A stretch of 64,000 bases of DNA. Origin: Akkermansia sp. (GTDB taxonomy: Bacteria > Verrucomicrobiota > Verrucomicrobiia > Limisphaerales > SIBH01). The notes under the pieces are model-generated. The model made no database searches, had not been told where the DNA came from, and saw nothing but the letters and a program-made list of their open reading frames with translations. Made by a program: the position numbers and the translations under genes. Below, one piece after another: positions 18,562-27,900 of the stretch (its first letter is position 1; every line of letters begins with the position of its first letter). The stretch spans positions 1-64,000 of the forward strand of contig JAYVNY010000057.1 in assembly GCA_043758205.1 (NCBI GenBank), written 5' to 3'.

Positions 18562-19593
18562 ATGTCACACGCATTGATGCAGGCGCCGGCCACCGACCCG
18601 ACGCAAATCTACCGCTACCGCGATGGTCTCTACGCGGAGGACATGCTCATCGTCGGCATTGTCTGGCTCGATTTGTTTTCCTGGCTGGCGAGCCGCCCGT
18701 CGGACGCCGCCGCCCTCCGGCAGAAATTTGCACTCACCGAGCGACCGACGGACGTGATGCTCACGCTCTTAGTCGCGATGGGATTGCTGGAGCGGCGGGA
18801 GGAAAAATATTTTGTCACGCTGGCCGCGCGGGAGCATCTGTGCGCGGACTCGCCGTGGTTTCTCGGCCCCTATTACGCCTCCTTGAAAGATCGTCCGGTG
18901 TGCGCGGACTTGCTGAAAGTGTTGCGCACCGGGAAGCCCGCGAACTGGGGCAGCGAGAAGGGCAAACTCGACTGGCACAAGGCGATGGAGACGGAAGAAT
19001 TCGCCACGTCGTTCACGGCGGCGATGGATTGCCGGGGCGTGTTCCTCGCGCAGGCGGCGGCGAAGCAACTCGACCTGGGTTCGCGCCGCGCGCTGCTCGA
19101 CATCGCGGGCGGCAGCGGCATCTACGCCTGTTCGTTCTGCGCGCATTTCCCGAATCTGCGCGCGACGGTTTTGGAAAAGCCGCCCGTGGATCAAATCACC
19201 GCGCAGGCGATTGCCAAGCGCGGCTTCACGGAACGCGTCTCCGTCCTCGCGAGCGACATGCTGAATGCGCCGTTGCCCGCCGGTTTCGATGCGCACCTGT
19301 TTTCCAATGTGCTGCACGACTGGGATGTGCCGGTGGTGCGCGAGTTGATTGCCAAATCATTCGCCGCGCTTGCCCCCGGCGGCGTGCTCGTCATCCACGA
19401 TGCGCACTTGAACGAGGACAAAAGCGGCCCGCTCCACGTCGCCGAATACTCCACCATGCTCATGCACTCGACCGAAGGCCGCTGCTACGGGGTAGGGGAG
19501 ATAACGGAGTTTTTGGTCGAGGCTGGATTTGAGAACGTGAGATTCACGCCCACTGCCGCCGCGCGCAGCGTCATCACGGCGGAGAAGCAGTAA
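18562..19593 (+). CDS. Class I SAM-dependent O-methyltransferase (PF00891-like, with N-terminal dimerisation domain)
   Basis: ORF 18451..19593 trimmed to ATG 18562 (MSHALMQAP..); ..LLDIAGGSGIYACSFCAHFPNLRATVLEKPPV.. SAM-binding motif, ..LHDWD.. motif. Confidence 0.8.
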   Translation: MSHALMQAPATDPTQIYRYRDGLYAEDMLIVGIVWLDLFSWLASRPSDAAALRQKFALTERPTDVMLTLLVAMGLLERREEKYFVTLAAREHLCADSPWFLGPYYASLKDRPVCADLLKVLRTGKPANWGSEKGKLDWHKAMETEEFATSFTAAMDCRGVFLAQAAAKQLDLGSRRALLDIAGGSGIYACSFCAHFPNLRATVLEKPPVDQITAQAIAKRGFTERVSVLASDMLNAPLPAGFDAHLFSNVLHDWDVPVVRELIAKSFAALAPGGVLVIHDAHLNEDKSGPLHVAEYSTMLMHSTEGRCYGVGEITEFLVEAGFENVRFTPTAAARSVITAEKQ

Positions 19594-19616
19594 GCAAGTG
19601 TGCGTCGAAAACAAAA

Positions 19617-19646
19617 GGCGCGGAGAATCCGAAGACTCTCCGCGCC
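19617..19646 (-). terminator. Rho-independent terminator for minus-strand REC/Roadblock operon
   Basis: ggcgcggaga-atccgaagac-tctccgcgcc stem-loop; on minus strand followed by TTTTGTTTTC. Confidence 0.5.
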
Positions 19647-19662
19647 GGCTTGTGTGTGAAAT

Positions 19663-20061
19663 TTATTTCCCGACCAGCGTGGAGAAGAAGCCTCGCGGCT
19701 CCGTCTTGCGCGCCTGCACCTTCATCTGGCCCAGGATGGACTGCCAACTGATGAAGAGCTTGTGCCATTGGTTCTCCACGTTGCGCAGCACGCCCTCGTT
19801 GCTCTCGCTCAGGAAGCGCATGGACGGCACGGAGGCGAGCAGGTTGTGAACGTCGTCGCGCGATACCTGCTGACCCTCGGTCACGGTGAGGATCAGTTCC
19901 AACTCCTGCGTGATGACACTCTTGACCTCCATGAACTGGTTCTCGTCATCGAGCGTGAATTTTTTGAAGCGGGCCAGCCCGAGGTAGTGGTTGAACTGCT
20001 TCCAGCACTCCAGGTAGTTCTCCATGCGGAGGATGATGTCGTCGAATCTTTTGGCGCTCAT
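19663..20061 (-). CDS. Hypothetical protein (last gene of REC-Roadblock operon)
   Basis: 132 aa MSAKRFDDIILRMENYLECWKQFNHYLGLARFKKF..; lower GC than surroundings; no motif recognised. Confidence 0.45.
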   Translation of the reverse strand: MSAKRFDDIILRMENYLECWKQFNHYLGLARFKKFTLDDENQFMEVKSVITQELELILTVTEGQQVSRDDVHNLLASVPSMRFLSESNEGVLRNVENQWHKLFISWQSILGQMKVQARKTEPRGFFSTLVGK

Positions 20062-20068
20062 AAAAAAA

Positions 20069-20371
20069 TCAGTTTTTTGGCAACGTCTGCGGGGACAGAA
20101 AAATCAAGGCGCCGCCACGCAGGCAGCGGGCGGTCACTTTCAAGGTCGGGTAATACACGTTCAGCTCGTGCAACGGCATCTGGGCCTGCTGCGCGCCGCG
20201 AAAGAAGGCGAGCACACGCGCGCCGATTTCCTTCATGTCGTTCTGCGGGAAATTTCCCGGCAGCGTGGACACCACGATGCGCCCGTCGCGGTCGAGGGCG
20301 AATGCGCCCGAAGGGAGCTTGGCCGGAGTGCCGGTGAATTTACGTCGGTTAAAAAATTTCATGCGGCCCAT
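20069..20371 (-). CDS. Roadblock/LC7 (MglB-like) domain protein
   Basis: 100 aa; ..PSGAFALDRDGRIVVSTLPGNFPQNDMKEIGARVLAFF.. fits Roadblock/LC7 fold pattern; 8-nt gap to downstream gene, 13-nt overlap with upstream RR gene. Confidence 0.5.
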   Translation of the reverse strand: MGRMKFFNRRKFTGTPAKLPSGAFALDRDGRIVVSTLPGNFPQNDMKEIGARVLAFFRGAQQAQMPLHELNVYYPTLKVTARCLRGGALIFLSPQTLPKN

Positions 20372-21438
20372 TTCGCCAGGATGTTTCTCATCGTCTCACG
20401 CACTTCGTCGGACTTCATGTTCGAGCGGAAGCCGACGCACAACTCGCCCTTGGCCGAGTCGGCGAGCGCGACGTGATTCGCCGGGCTGAGCGCGGTCATT
20501 TGTTGCAGGTTTCCCACCTGGAGTTTATCGCCCAATGCGGCAAAATCCTTGAGCGCCTGCTGCGCCCACTCCGCGACGTGGTCGGCGCATTCGAGGCCCC
20601 AGGATTTTGTTTCGCACTTCGGACCGGGGCCGACCGAGAGGACAAATTGCACGCCATTGAAGCGCGTCAGACCCATCAACGGCGACGGTGCGTCGAGCCT
20701 CGTATCGAGTCCCTGACCATCCAGGCCACCCGCCTCGTCCATCTCCTGCGCGATTTCCAGCAACAACGCCTGATACGAACTGAAGATGGCGCGTGGCCGG
20801 GTGTGCTCGCCGGGCTGCAATTCAAAGTTGCCGGTCTTCCAGCCTAAAATTCTTCGGAACGCGGCCTCGCCTTTCAGCTCCTCCACTTCCGAGTCAAAAA
20901 TTTCTCCGCCTTCAATCCAGATGAAGCCGGTGTCCTGGCCGTGCGTGATTTTGAGCGTGGTGGAATTCTGCGAAAGGCATTCGAGTTGGATCAAATCCAC
21001 GAGGCTCTTGCTCTGCACGCCGCGAAAGCCGCTGTGCGCCTCGCGCTCGAGCAGGGCATCAATCGAGTCGAGGAAGTGCTGGCGTTCCTGCTCCGACGCG
21101 GGCTTCTGCCAGTATTGATCCACGCCCATGCCGTAGGCGCGGGCGCGAAACTGCTCGTCCGCGATGCACGTCCAGACCACGACACGCAGCGCGGGATACT
21201 TGCGGCGGGCGATGGCGATGACTTGCAGGCCGTCCATCTTCGGCATGTTGAGATCCACGATGAGCAGGTTGAACGGCTCGGACTCCAGCATGGCCAGCGC
21301 GCGGGCGCCGGTGGAAGCGGTGTGAATGCCGGGACCGCTGGGCAACGTCTTCAGAATCTCCCAGTACACTTCCAGGAAGTCCTGGTCGTCATCAACCAGC
21401 AAAATCTTTGATCGCTCGGTGGCGGTGGTGCTGCCCAT
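20359..21438 (-). CDS. Response regulator: REC receiver + DUF4388 domain
   Basis: Start at MGSTTATERSKILLVDDDQDFLEVY..; ..LLIVDLNMPKMDGLQV.. receiver; ..LVDLIQLECLSQNSTTLKITHGQDTGFIWIEGGEIFDSEVEELKGEAAFRRILGWKTGNFEL.. = DUF4388 pattern. Confidence 0.8.
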   Translation of the reverse strand: MGSTTATERSKILLVDDDQDFLEVYWEILKTLPSGPGIHTASTGARALAMLESEPFNLLIVDLNMPKMDGLQVIAIARRKYPALRVVVWTCIADEQFRARAYGMGVDQYWQKPASEQERQHFLDSIDALLEREAHSGFRGVQSKSLVDLIQLECLSQNSTTLKITHGQDTGFIWIEGGEIFDSEVEELKGEAAFRRILGWKTGNFELQPGEHTRPRAIFSSYQALLLEIAQEMDEAGGLDGQGLDTRLDAPSPLMGLTRFNGVQFVLSVGPGPKCETKSWGLECADHVAEWAQQALKDFAALGDKLQVGNLQQMTALSPANHVALADSAKGELCVGFRSNMKSDEVRETMRNILAKWAA

Positions 21439-21680
21439 AAAAATTCTTTCTCTGCAATAACGTCGGCGGGTCGGGGCCTTCACTTGAGCGTGACGGGAAA
21501 ATCTTTCACGGCGGCGGTGGCGCGGGGTGCATCCGCACTCTTTTGATCGAGGTCGGAGACTTGAAGAAGGCGCTGCCCTAACAGCGTCCGTTCATTCTGA
21601 GGAGCCGTGTTCAGCTCCACCGCGGCGCGCAAACTTCCTGTTCACCGCGCCCGGCGCTGGCACAGTGCCGCACGTTCAGC

Positions 21681-22418
21681 ATGGCAAACCCGTTCTATGT
21701 CGAAGGCGAGCAGCGTGCCGCGAAGGTCAACGACCTCTTCGCGCGCGTCGCGCCGCGCTACGATCTCATCAACGATCTCCAGAGCCTCGGGCTGCATCGC
21801 GCGTGGAAGCGGCGGCTCGTGCGCATGGCGAAGGTGCGCCCCGGCGAACGCGCGCTCGACGTTTGCTGCGGCACCGGCGACATCGCCTTCGCGCTCTCTC
21901 GCTCGGGCGCGCCCGTGACCGCCGTGGATTTCAGCGCCGCCATGCTCGAAGTCGCCGCGCGTCGCACCGCAATCCCCAATCCCCAATCCCCAATCCTCAA
22001 TCCTCAATTCCATCGCGGCGATGCGATGCAACTCGCTTTCAACGACAACACGTTCGATGTCGTCACCGTCGGCTACGGCTTGCGCAACCTGCGCGAATGG
22101 GAAACCGGCCTCCGCGAAATGCACCGCGTGGCCAAGCCCGGTGCGCGCTTGCTCGTCCTCGACTTCGGCAAGCCGGACAATGCCCTGCTGCGTTCGCTCT
22201 ACTTTGCCTACCTGCGCGTCGTCGTGCCGGTCTTTGGGAAACTCTTCTGCGGCGACGCCGCCACGCACGCCTACATTCTGGAATCCCTCCAGCGATACCC
22301 CGCCCAACGCGGCGTGGCCGCCGCGATGGAGCGCCTCGGCTGCCGCGACGTCCGCATCGTCAATCTTCTCGGCGGCGCGATGAGCATCAACTACGGCGTG
22401 AAATCCTCACGCACCTGA
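21681..22418 (+). CDS. ubiE: Demethylmenaquinone/ubiquinone methyltransferase UbiE/MenG
   Basis: ..YDLINDLQSLGLHRAWKRRLV.., ..ALDVCCGTGDIAF.., ..FDVVTVGYGLRNL..; contains heptanucleotide repeat at 21971-22011. Confidence 0.85.
   Translation: MANPFYVEGEQRAAKVNDLFARVAPRYDLINDLQSLGLHRAWKRRLVRMAKVRPGERALDVCCGTGDIAFALSRSGAPVTAVDFSAAMLEVAARRTAIPNPQSPILNPQFHRGDAMQLAFNDNTFDVVTVGYGLRNLREWETGLREMHRVAKPGARLLVLDFGKPDNALLRSLYFAYLRVVVPVFGKLFCGDAATHAYILESLQRYPAQRGVAAAMERLGCRDVRIVNLLGGAMSINYGVKSSRT
21971..22011 (+). repeat. Heptanucleotide tandem repeat (AATCCCC x3, AATCCTC x2, AATTCC) inside ubiE coding sequence
   Basis: aatccccaatccccaatccccaatcctcaatcctcaattcc, encodes ..AIPNPQSPILNPQF.. Confidence 0.9.
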
Positions 22419-22554
22419 AGTTCCGCTCGCTCGTTCGCTCGAAGAAATCCCCGGTCATCCCGTGAGTCTGGAAGCGCATTGACGGAGCGCGCGCGTCTGC
22501 GTTTTTGCGCCTTGGCGTTAAAAAATGAGCCTTCCCAACTGCAAGAACACCACC

Positions 22555-23364
22555 TCACTTGCGGCGTGAGAGGTCGGGCATTTTCTTGAAGCGCGCCAAG
22601 GGGTCTTCTTTGGCCGTTGATGTCTGAGTTGCGGACGGCGTGTGAGTGACGGCGCTTGGTGACACGCTCGCCGCAATCTCCGGACTGACCGCCGCGTGCG
22701 CCACTGCGGGCCGCGCTTCAAAGTAAGAACCCTGGCCGAGCAACGTGCCGAAGCTGCTGCCCGCCGGTGCGCTCGCCACGACCGGAGTCACCTTGGCGTG
22801 CGCGGCGGGACTGGCCGGAACCGGCGGTGGCACCATCGCGTGCGTCTCTTGCGGCGCACACCAGCAGAGCCGGACGGTCGGCACCGGTCCCATGTAAATC
22901 GTCAGTTGATGGTACTGCAGATGTTGCAGTCGCACCTTGTCGGACATGTCCTCGGCCTTGAGCAACGCGGTCAGAATGGCGTGAGTCGTCGGGTGGCTGG
23001 CGTTCGCGTCGGCCAGCGAGCGCAGGGTGGAGAAGGAAACATCCGCCACCTTCTCCAGGTGAACGATCAGGCGCTGCGGCACGGCCAGTTCCATTTCCAC
23101 GTTCTCCAAATCGTAGCCTGCCTCGCGAAATGTCCCGGCGCGAGCGTCAATCTCGTGCAACGCGGCCAGCAGCCGTTCCTCGTCGTCCGCGACCAGACCG
23201 TGCGCGGCGTCCTGCACCGTGCGGCGCATCTGGTGCATCTGCCCGGCGGTGGCCAGCACGGCTTCGCGGAGTTCGGCGGCTCGCGCTGGTGCGCTCTCGA
23301 TGACGCTGGCGATCTGCGCCGCCTTCTGCCGCGCGTCCTGCACTTTGGTGATGAATTTTTTCAT
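22555..23364 (-). CDS. Hypothetical protein (helical N-terminal half, Pro/Ala/Thr-rich C-terminal half)
   Basis: 269 aa MKKFITKVQDARQKAAQIASVIESAPARAAELREAV....; no motif recognised. Confidence 0.5.
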   Translation of the reverse strand: MKKFITKVQDARQKAAQIASVIESAPARAAELREAVLATAGQMHQMRRTVQDAAHGLVADDEERLLAALHEIDARAGTFREAGYDLENVEMELAVPQRLIVHLEKVADVSFSTLRSLADANASHPTTHAILTALLKAEDMSDKVRLQHLQYHQLTIYMGPVPTVRLCWCAPQETHAMVPPPVPASPAAHAKVTPVVASAPAGSSFGTLLGQGSYFEARPAVAHAAVSPEIAASVSPSAVTHTPSATQTSTAKEDPLARFKKMPDLSRRK

Positions 23365-23380
23365 AGGCTTTCAGGGGTTG

Positions 23381-23415
23381 ACCACGAATGGACACGAATA
23401 AACACGAATGAAAGG
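23381..23415. repeat. Left terminal inverted repeat of 1.6-kb low-GC cassette; contains three CACGAAT direct repeats at ~10-bp spacing
   Basis: accacgaatggacacgaataaacacgaatgaaagg; the first 19 nt (accacgaatggacacgaat) are the exact reverse complement of 24960-24978. Confidence 0.75.
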
Positions 23416-23473
23416 AGCGCCAAACCTCGGAGCACCGGACAGCCTTGTCCGGTGAACGTGCGTGGCGAAGTAA

Positions 23474-23866
23474 GTGACGTTTCTCGCGAGTCGCACGAAC
23501 GACCTAAGCTCAACAACCCGGTGCGCGGGACGCAACGATTGCAATCACGACGCTCTGGTGCTGTTGGGTAATTACCATCGGACGATTCACACCGTTCAAC
23601 GCCCTCAAAACAAGGCGTTTCTCTTGCGAAAGCCGCTTCCGGTCGATCTGGCGTCGTTTGGGGAGCGCTTTCGGGCGGCCCGCATAGCCGGGGGCTACAC
23701 ACAGGCTGAGATGGCGCAGAAATTCGGCGTTTCATTCTCGACGGTGAAGTTCTGGGAACAGGGGCGGACGCAGCCTGTGCCGACCACGCGCTTCCAAGTC
23801 GAAGCCTTCTTGAAAGGACTGCACAGTCGGCTCCGCGAAACTCAATCCAGCAGTCGCGCTCGGTAA
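23474..23866 (+). CDS. XRE-family helix-turn-helix transcriptional regulator (true start probably internal, e.g. TTG ~23622)
   Basis: C-terminal ..FGERFRAARIAGGYTQAEMAQKFGVSFSTVKFWEQGRTQP.. = HTH_XRE; N-terminal 50 aa of the ORF look non-protein-like. Confidence 0.5.
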   Translation: MTFLASRTNDLSSTTRCAGRNDCNHDALVLLGNYHRTIHTVQRPQNKAFLLRKPLPVDLASFGERFRAARIAGGYTQAEMAQKFGVSFSTVKFWEQGRTQPVPTTRFQVEAFLKGLHSRLRETQSSSRAR

Positions 23867-24149
23867 AACTGCATGGGGCCGGACAGATTTGTCTCCGTGA
23901 ATGCCGCCTGTCCCGCGATATTGGTGAGGATGCGGAACGGCACTCAGTTGTTCGGTGGCTGTTTCGTCTCGATAAGATACCGCGCCCCGGTTTGAGGAGG
24001 GCAAGGCGTTGGGGGGTGTTGTTGGACGTAGGCGAGCTTTGCTTCGCTTGAGAAGCGTTCGTAGCTGAGAAGCTATTCCATGCGCCAAATCATTTTTCGT
24101 TGGTGCCACGCGTGCGTTGGTTGGCTTGGATCGTTCAATTGGTTGTGCG

Positions 24150-24731
24150 TCAGGCGGGAACATCGAGTCCGTCAACGGGTTCATCGCGGAGTTCGAGTTT
24201 TTGGACGACCAAGTTCCTCCACTTGCCGCCAATCACTCGTTGTGCCAGAGCTTCGCTAACCACCAGATCCCCAAACTGCGATTCAAATGCGGTTGTGTTC
24301 CCAACGTCACGATTCAGGATGTATCGCTTCCCAATCGTTGAATACCAGATTCGCTGACACTCCGGACAGACGCGGAAAGTTGAACGCTCGTTGCCACGAA
24401 TCAGAATACGTTCTTTCTTCATCAGCGTTACAAATCCTGGAGCTTCCTTTCTATCGGGACCGTAAACTTTTCCCAAAAGCAGGAGATCTTGCGGCCCTTC
24501 AGGAAACAATTCTTGGAGGAAGGAGAGCATCGCAATATGCATGCTGACTCCGTGGACAAAGTTTAGAACCGATTGTTCAGGCCTTGTTTGAAGCACGACA
24601 TCAATCGCCTGACCGGTCACACGTGCCGAACAGCACTCTTTGCAGAGACTTGTTCGTTGAGCTTCCGCAAACCACGCTTTATCGGGTGTTTCCGGGTTAG
24701 AGCTTTTTGAAGTCAGTTCGTAGAAACTCAT
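24150..24731 (-). CDS. Cys-rich hypothetical protein (CxxCC ... CPxC zinc-ribbon-like) in low-GC cassette
   Basis: 193 aa; ..SLCKECCSARV.. and ..FRVCPECQRIWY..; local GC markedly below flanks. Confidence 0.5.
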   Translation of the reverse strand: MSFYELTSKSSNPETPDKAWFAEAQRTSLCKECCSARVTGQAIDVVLQTRPEQSVLNFVHGVSMHIAMLSFLQELFPEGPQDLLLLGKVYGPDRKEAPGFVTLMKKERILIRGNERSTFRVCPECQRIWYSTIGKRYILNRDVGNTTAFESQFGDLVVSEALAQRVIGGKWRNLVVQKLELRDEPVDGLDVPA

Positions 24732-24732
24732 A

Positions 24733-24894
24733 TCAAGGACGATGGGTGAATTTTCCTTCGATGATCATTTGCCATGCTGCTTTGGTCATCTGTGCGACTC
24801 CGCCATGCTCTGCAATCGCGGTCAGAGCGATGCGAACCTGCTCATCGCCGCTGAGTCCGGCGTCGGTGCCTTTGACTGGCTGGAGGGTGGTCAT
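24733..24894 (-). CDS. Small 53-aa ORF immediately upstream of (and 1 nt from) the Cys-rich gene
   Basis: MTTLQPVKGTDAGLSGDEQVRIALTAIAEHGGVAQMTKAAWQMIIEGKFTHRP; stop TGA and downstream ATG arranged as TGATATG; below ORF-track size cut-off. Confidence 0.35.
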   Translation of the reverse strand: MTTLQPVKGTDAGLSGDEQVRIALTAIAEHGGVAQMTKAAWQMIIEGKFTHRP

Positions 24895-24957
24895 GTATGG
24901 ATTGGAGGGACGCGGAGAATGCCTAACAGCGGACCAGACAGTCCGCTGCTCCCTCCT

Positions 24958-24987
24958 CCATTCGTGTCCATTCGTGGTTTCATTTCC
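24958..24987. repeat. Right terminal inverted repeat of low-GC cassette (overlaps stop codon of giant AAA+ gene)
   Basis: ccattcgtgtccattcgtggtttcatttcc; 24960-24978 = reverse complement of 23381-23399. Confidence 0.75.
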
Positions 24988-27900
24988 CCGCCTCCGGTTT
25001 CTGCTCCGTCGAGGCGAGAACTTCGTGGAATTTTTCCAGGAACGCGCGCTCGTTGGTCAACATCTCCTGCGTGAGTTGGATTTCTACCACGCCCTGTTGC
25101 GTGCGGGTCTGGAGCAAGTCCTGCGAGGACTTCAAATGATCGCGCTGCTGCGCCGCGAGATCCTTCAACGTCGCCAGCGTGCTGTGCAGCATTTCCATCT
25201 CGTGCATCAGGCTGCGCATCTGCGAGGGGTCACCGCCGCCGCTTGGTGTGTGAGCAACTTTCTCCTCAATCGAACTTCGCAGCGCATCGAAGCTCTTTCC
25301 GAGCGGCGTGACATCAATCACCACCGGCGCAGGCGTCTGCTGCAACTGTTTCTCCAGCGCGTTCTGGATGCCTTCGAGTCCCTGCTGGAAAGCCGAAAGC
25401 TGCGTCACCACCTGGCCCATCGGGTTCGACTGATCGCCACCGCGCGAGAGCTGATTGCGTTTGAAGGTGCGTTTGATTTCCTCCCAGCGCGTCTTCTCCT
25501 CCGGCGTCAGGAGCGCGAGCATTTCGCGCAGCTTGAGCAGATTCGCCTCCGCGCCCGTCGTGAGTGTCTGCGCCTCGTTCTGGTAGTGATCGAGAATCAG
25601 CGCCTGCACTTCCGCGTCGTTCATGATCGGCACGACCTTTTCCGTGAGGCGGCTCATGTTGCGATAAGAGCCTTGCAGGCGGAACGGCGGTTCGGTGCGG
25701 AACTCGTCGGCCTGGCCGGCGGAGTAAATGTATTCCTGATTCACGCGCAGCAGCACGTCCCGAATTTTCACGAGCTTCTTCAGCACGGCGAGAAGCTCCT
25801 CCACTTCCTGCTGCGAGTAGCTGCCCTCGAACGTCTCCTGATCGCGCGAGCCGCCCGCCGCCAGCCGGATGAAACCGCGCACGTCCTTCTGGCTTTTGTT
25901 CGCGAGCGGCGCGAGCACGGCGTTCGAGGTGACGGCGTTTTCGAGGTAGCTCGCCTTGAACCACTCCGCGCTGCCGCTGGCCATGTCGCCGAGGTTGTAG
26001 GTGTCGGCGCGGTTCGCAAGCATGTCGGGGATTTTGAACTTCTGCCCGCTCTCGGTGTAAGGATTGCCGGCCATCACCACCACGACCTTGCGTCCGCGCA
26101 AATCATACGTCCGCGACTGGCCGCGCCATTGGCCCTCGATCTTGCGCTGGCCGTCGCAGAGCGAAATGAACTTCTGCAAAAACTCCGGGTTGCAATGTTG
26201 GATGTCATCCACGCAGAGCATGATGTTGTCGCCCATCTCCAGCGCGAGATTCAGCTTCTGCACTTCCTCGCGCGCGGCGGCGTTCGGCGCTTCCTGCGGG
26301 TCGAGCGACGTGACGGCGTGGCCGAGGGCCGGCCCGTTGATCTTGATGAAGATGATGCCGAGGCGCACCGCCACGTATTCGAGCAGCGTGGTCTTGCCGT
26401 AACCGGGCGGCGAAATCAGCAGCAACAGGCCCATCAGGTCCGTGCGCTTCTTGTCGCCCGCCGCGCCGATTTGCTTGGCGAGATTGTCGCCCACGAGCGG
26501 GAGGTAAAGCTGATCGACAAGCTGGTTGCGCACGAACGAACCAAGCACGCGCGGTTTGAATTCATGCAGACGGAGGCGCTTGCGTTCCTTTTCCAGCAAC
26601 TGCTGCTTCAACTCGTGAAACTGGTTGAAACGCGGCACCACTTCCTTCTCGAAGGGCAACAGGCGTTTGCGGAAATCCAGGTAATCAAACTGGTAAGTGC
26701 TCTCGCGGATGAGAGCGTGCGAGCCTTTCATCCCGGCGAGTGTTTCCGAAGTCGAAGCGGGCACGACGTGGCGCTTCAAGTCATCACCGCAGAAGAGAAT
26801 CGCGGTGACTTCCTCCAGATATTGCAACTCACCATTGCGCCCAAGCAGGAAGCCGCGCACCCAGTCGCGGATTAAATCAAACTGGCTCTCGGGATGCGCC
26901 GCGAGCGGAGCCAGCGATTCATTGAACTCGTCCTCGCCCGACTTCACCACGAGATGCTGATGGAACGCGGTGGCGAGATTATCCCCCTCCTTGCTCACGA
27001 CGAACGAGTCGCCGCTGACCAGTTCGTGGAAAAGATATTCGCCCGCCTCGTTCGCCAGTTCGCGCGGGAAGAGTTGCGTCTGCTCCACGAAACCGGCGAT
27101 GAGTTTTTGCAGCGCGACGATGTAGGTCTGTTGCGCCGTGTCGCCGGGGAACAGCTTGTTGCGCGCGGAGAAGCCTTTCAGCTTGGCCGTCCAGAGCGTG
27201 CGCGCTTCCGCCGGGCAGAAGCGCACCCAGAAGACCGCCGCCAAAGCGCGCGCGCTGGGTTGATAGCGCGCCAGATGCAGCGCGGCGTGCGTCCGCAACA
27301 GCGCGCGGAGAATGCGCGCCCCATCCACGTCGTGAAGGCCCTTCGTGTAGCCCTCGTGATAGCGCGTCGCGACGAACTCCAGCACCAAGGCCAGCAACGC
27401 GTCGTCCTTCAGTGCGAGCGCGTCATCAATCGTCTTGCCCTGACCGCTCTCCAACAACTGGAGAATGCTGTGCGCGAGATATTCGCCGCGATAGACCTGC
27501 GCATTTTCAGAAACCGCTTCCTGATCCCAGACCGCGCGCGTGGCGAGAAATGCTTCATCCGTGATGGCCTCGAAATACTTCGTGCTGGTGAGATGAATGT
27601 TCGGCACGCCGTCGCGCATCACGACCGTGAGGTCGAGCGGTTGGGTGTTGACGTTAAACTTGTGGCGGCCGAGCTGGATGACGCTCTGGCCGTCCACGAA
27701 CAATTCCTGGCGGTCCTTGAGCTGCCGCACCGCGTCCTGATGCACGCTCTTGAGGCGGCCTTGCAGATCGTCGGCCTTCACCGAATCTTCGAGCGCGAGC
27801 AGTTGCCCGATGGTGTCGCGCACTTTCGCGATCATCAGATCGGACGCCACGTAAGTGTTGATCTCCTCGACCGTCTTGAAGGCTGCGAGGCGGTTCTGAA

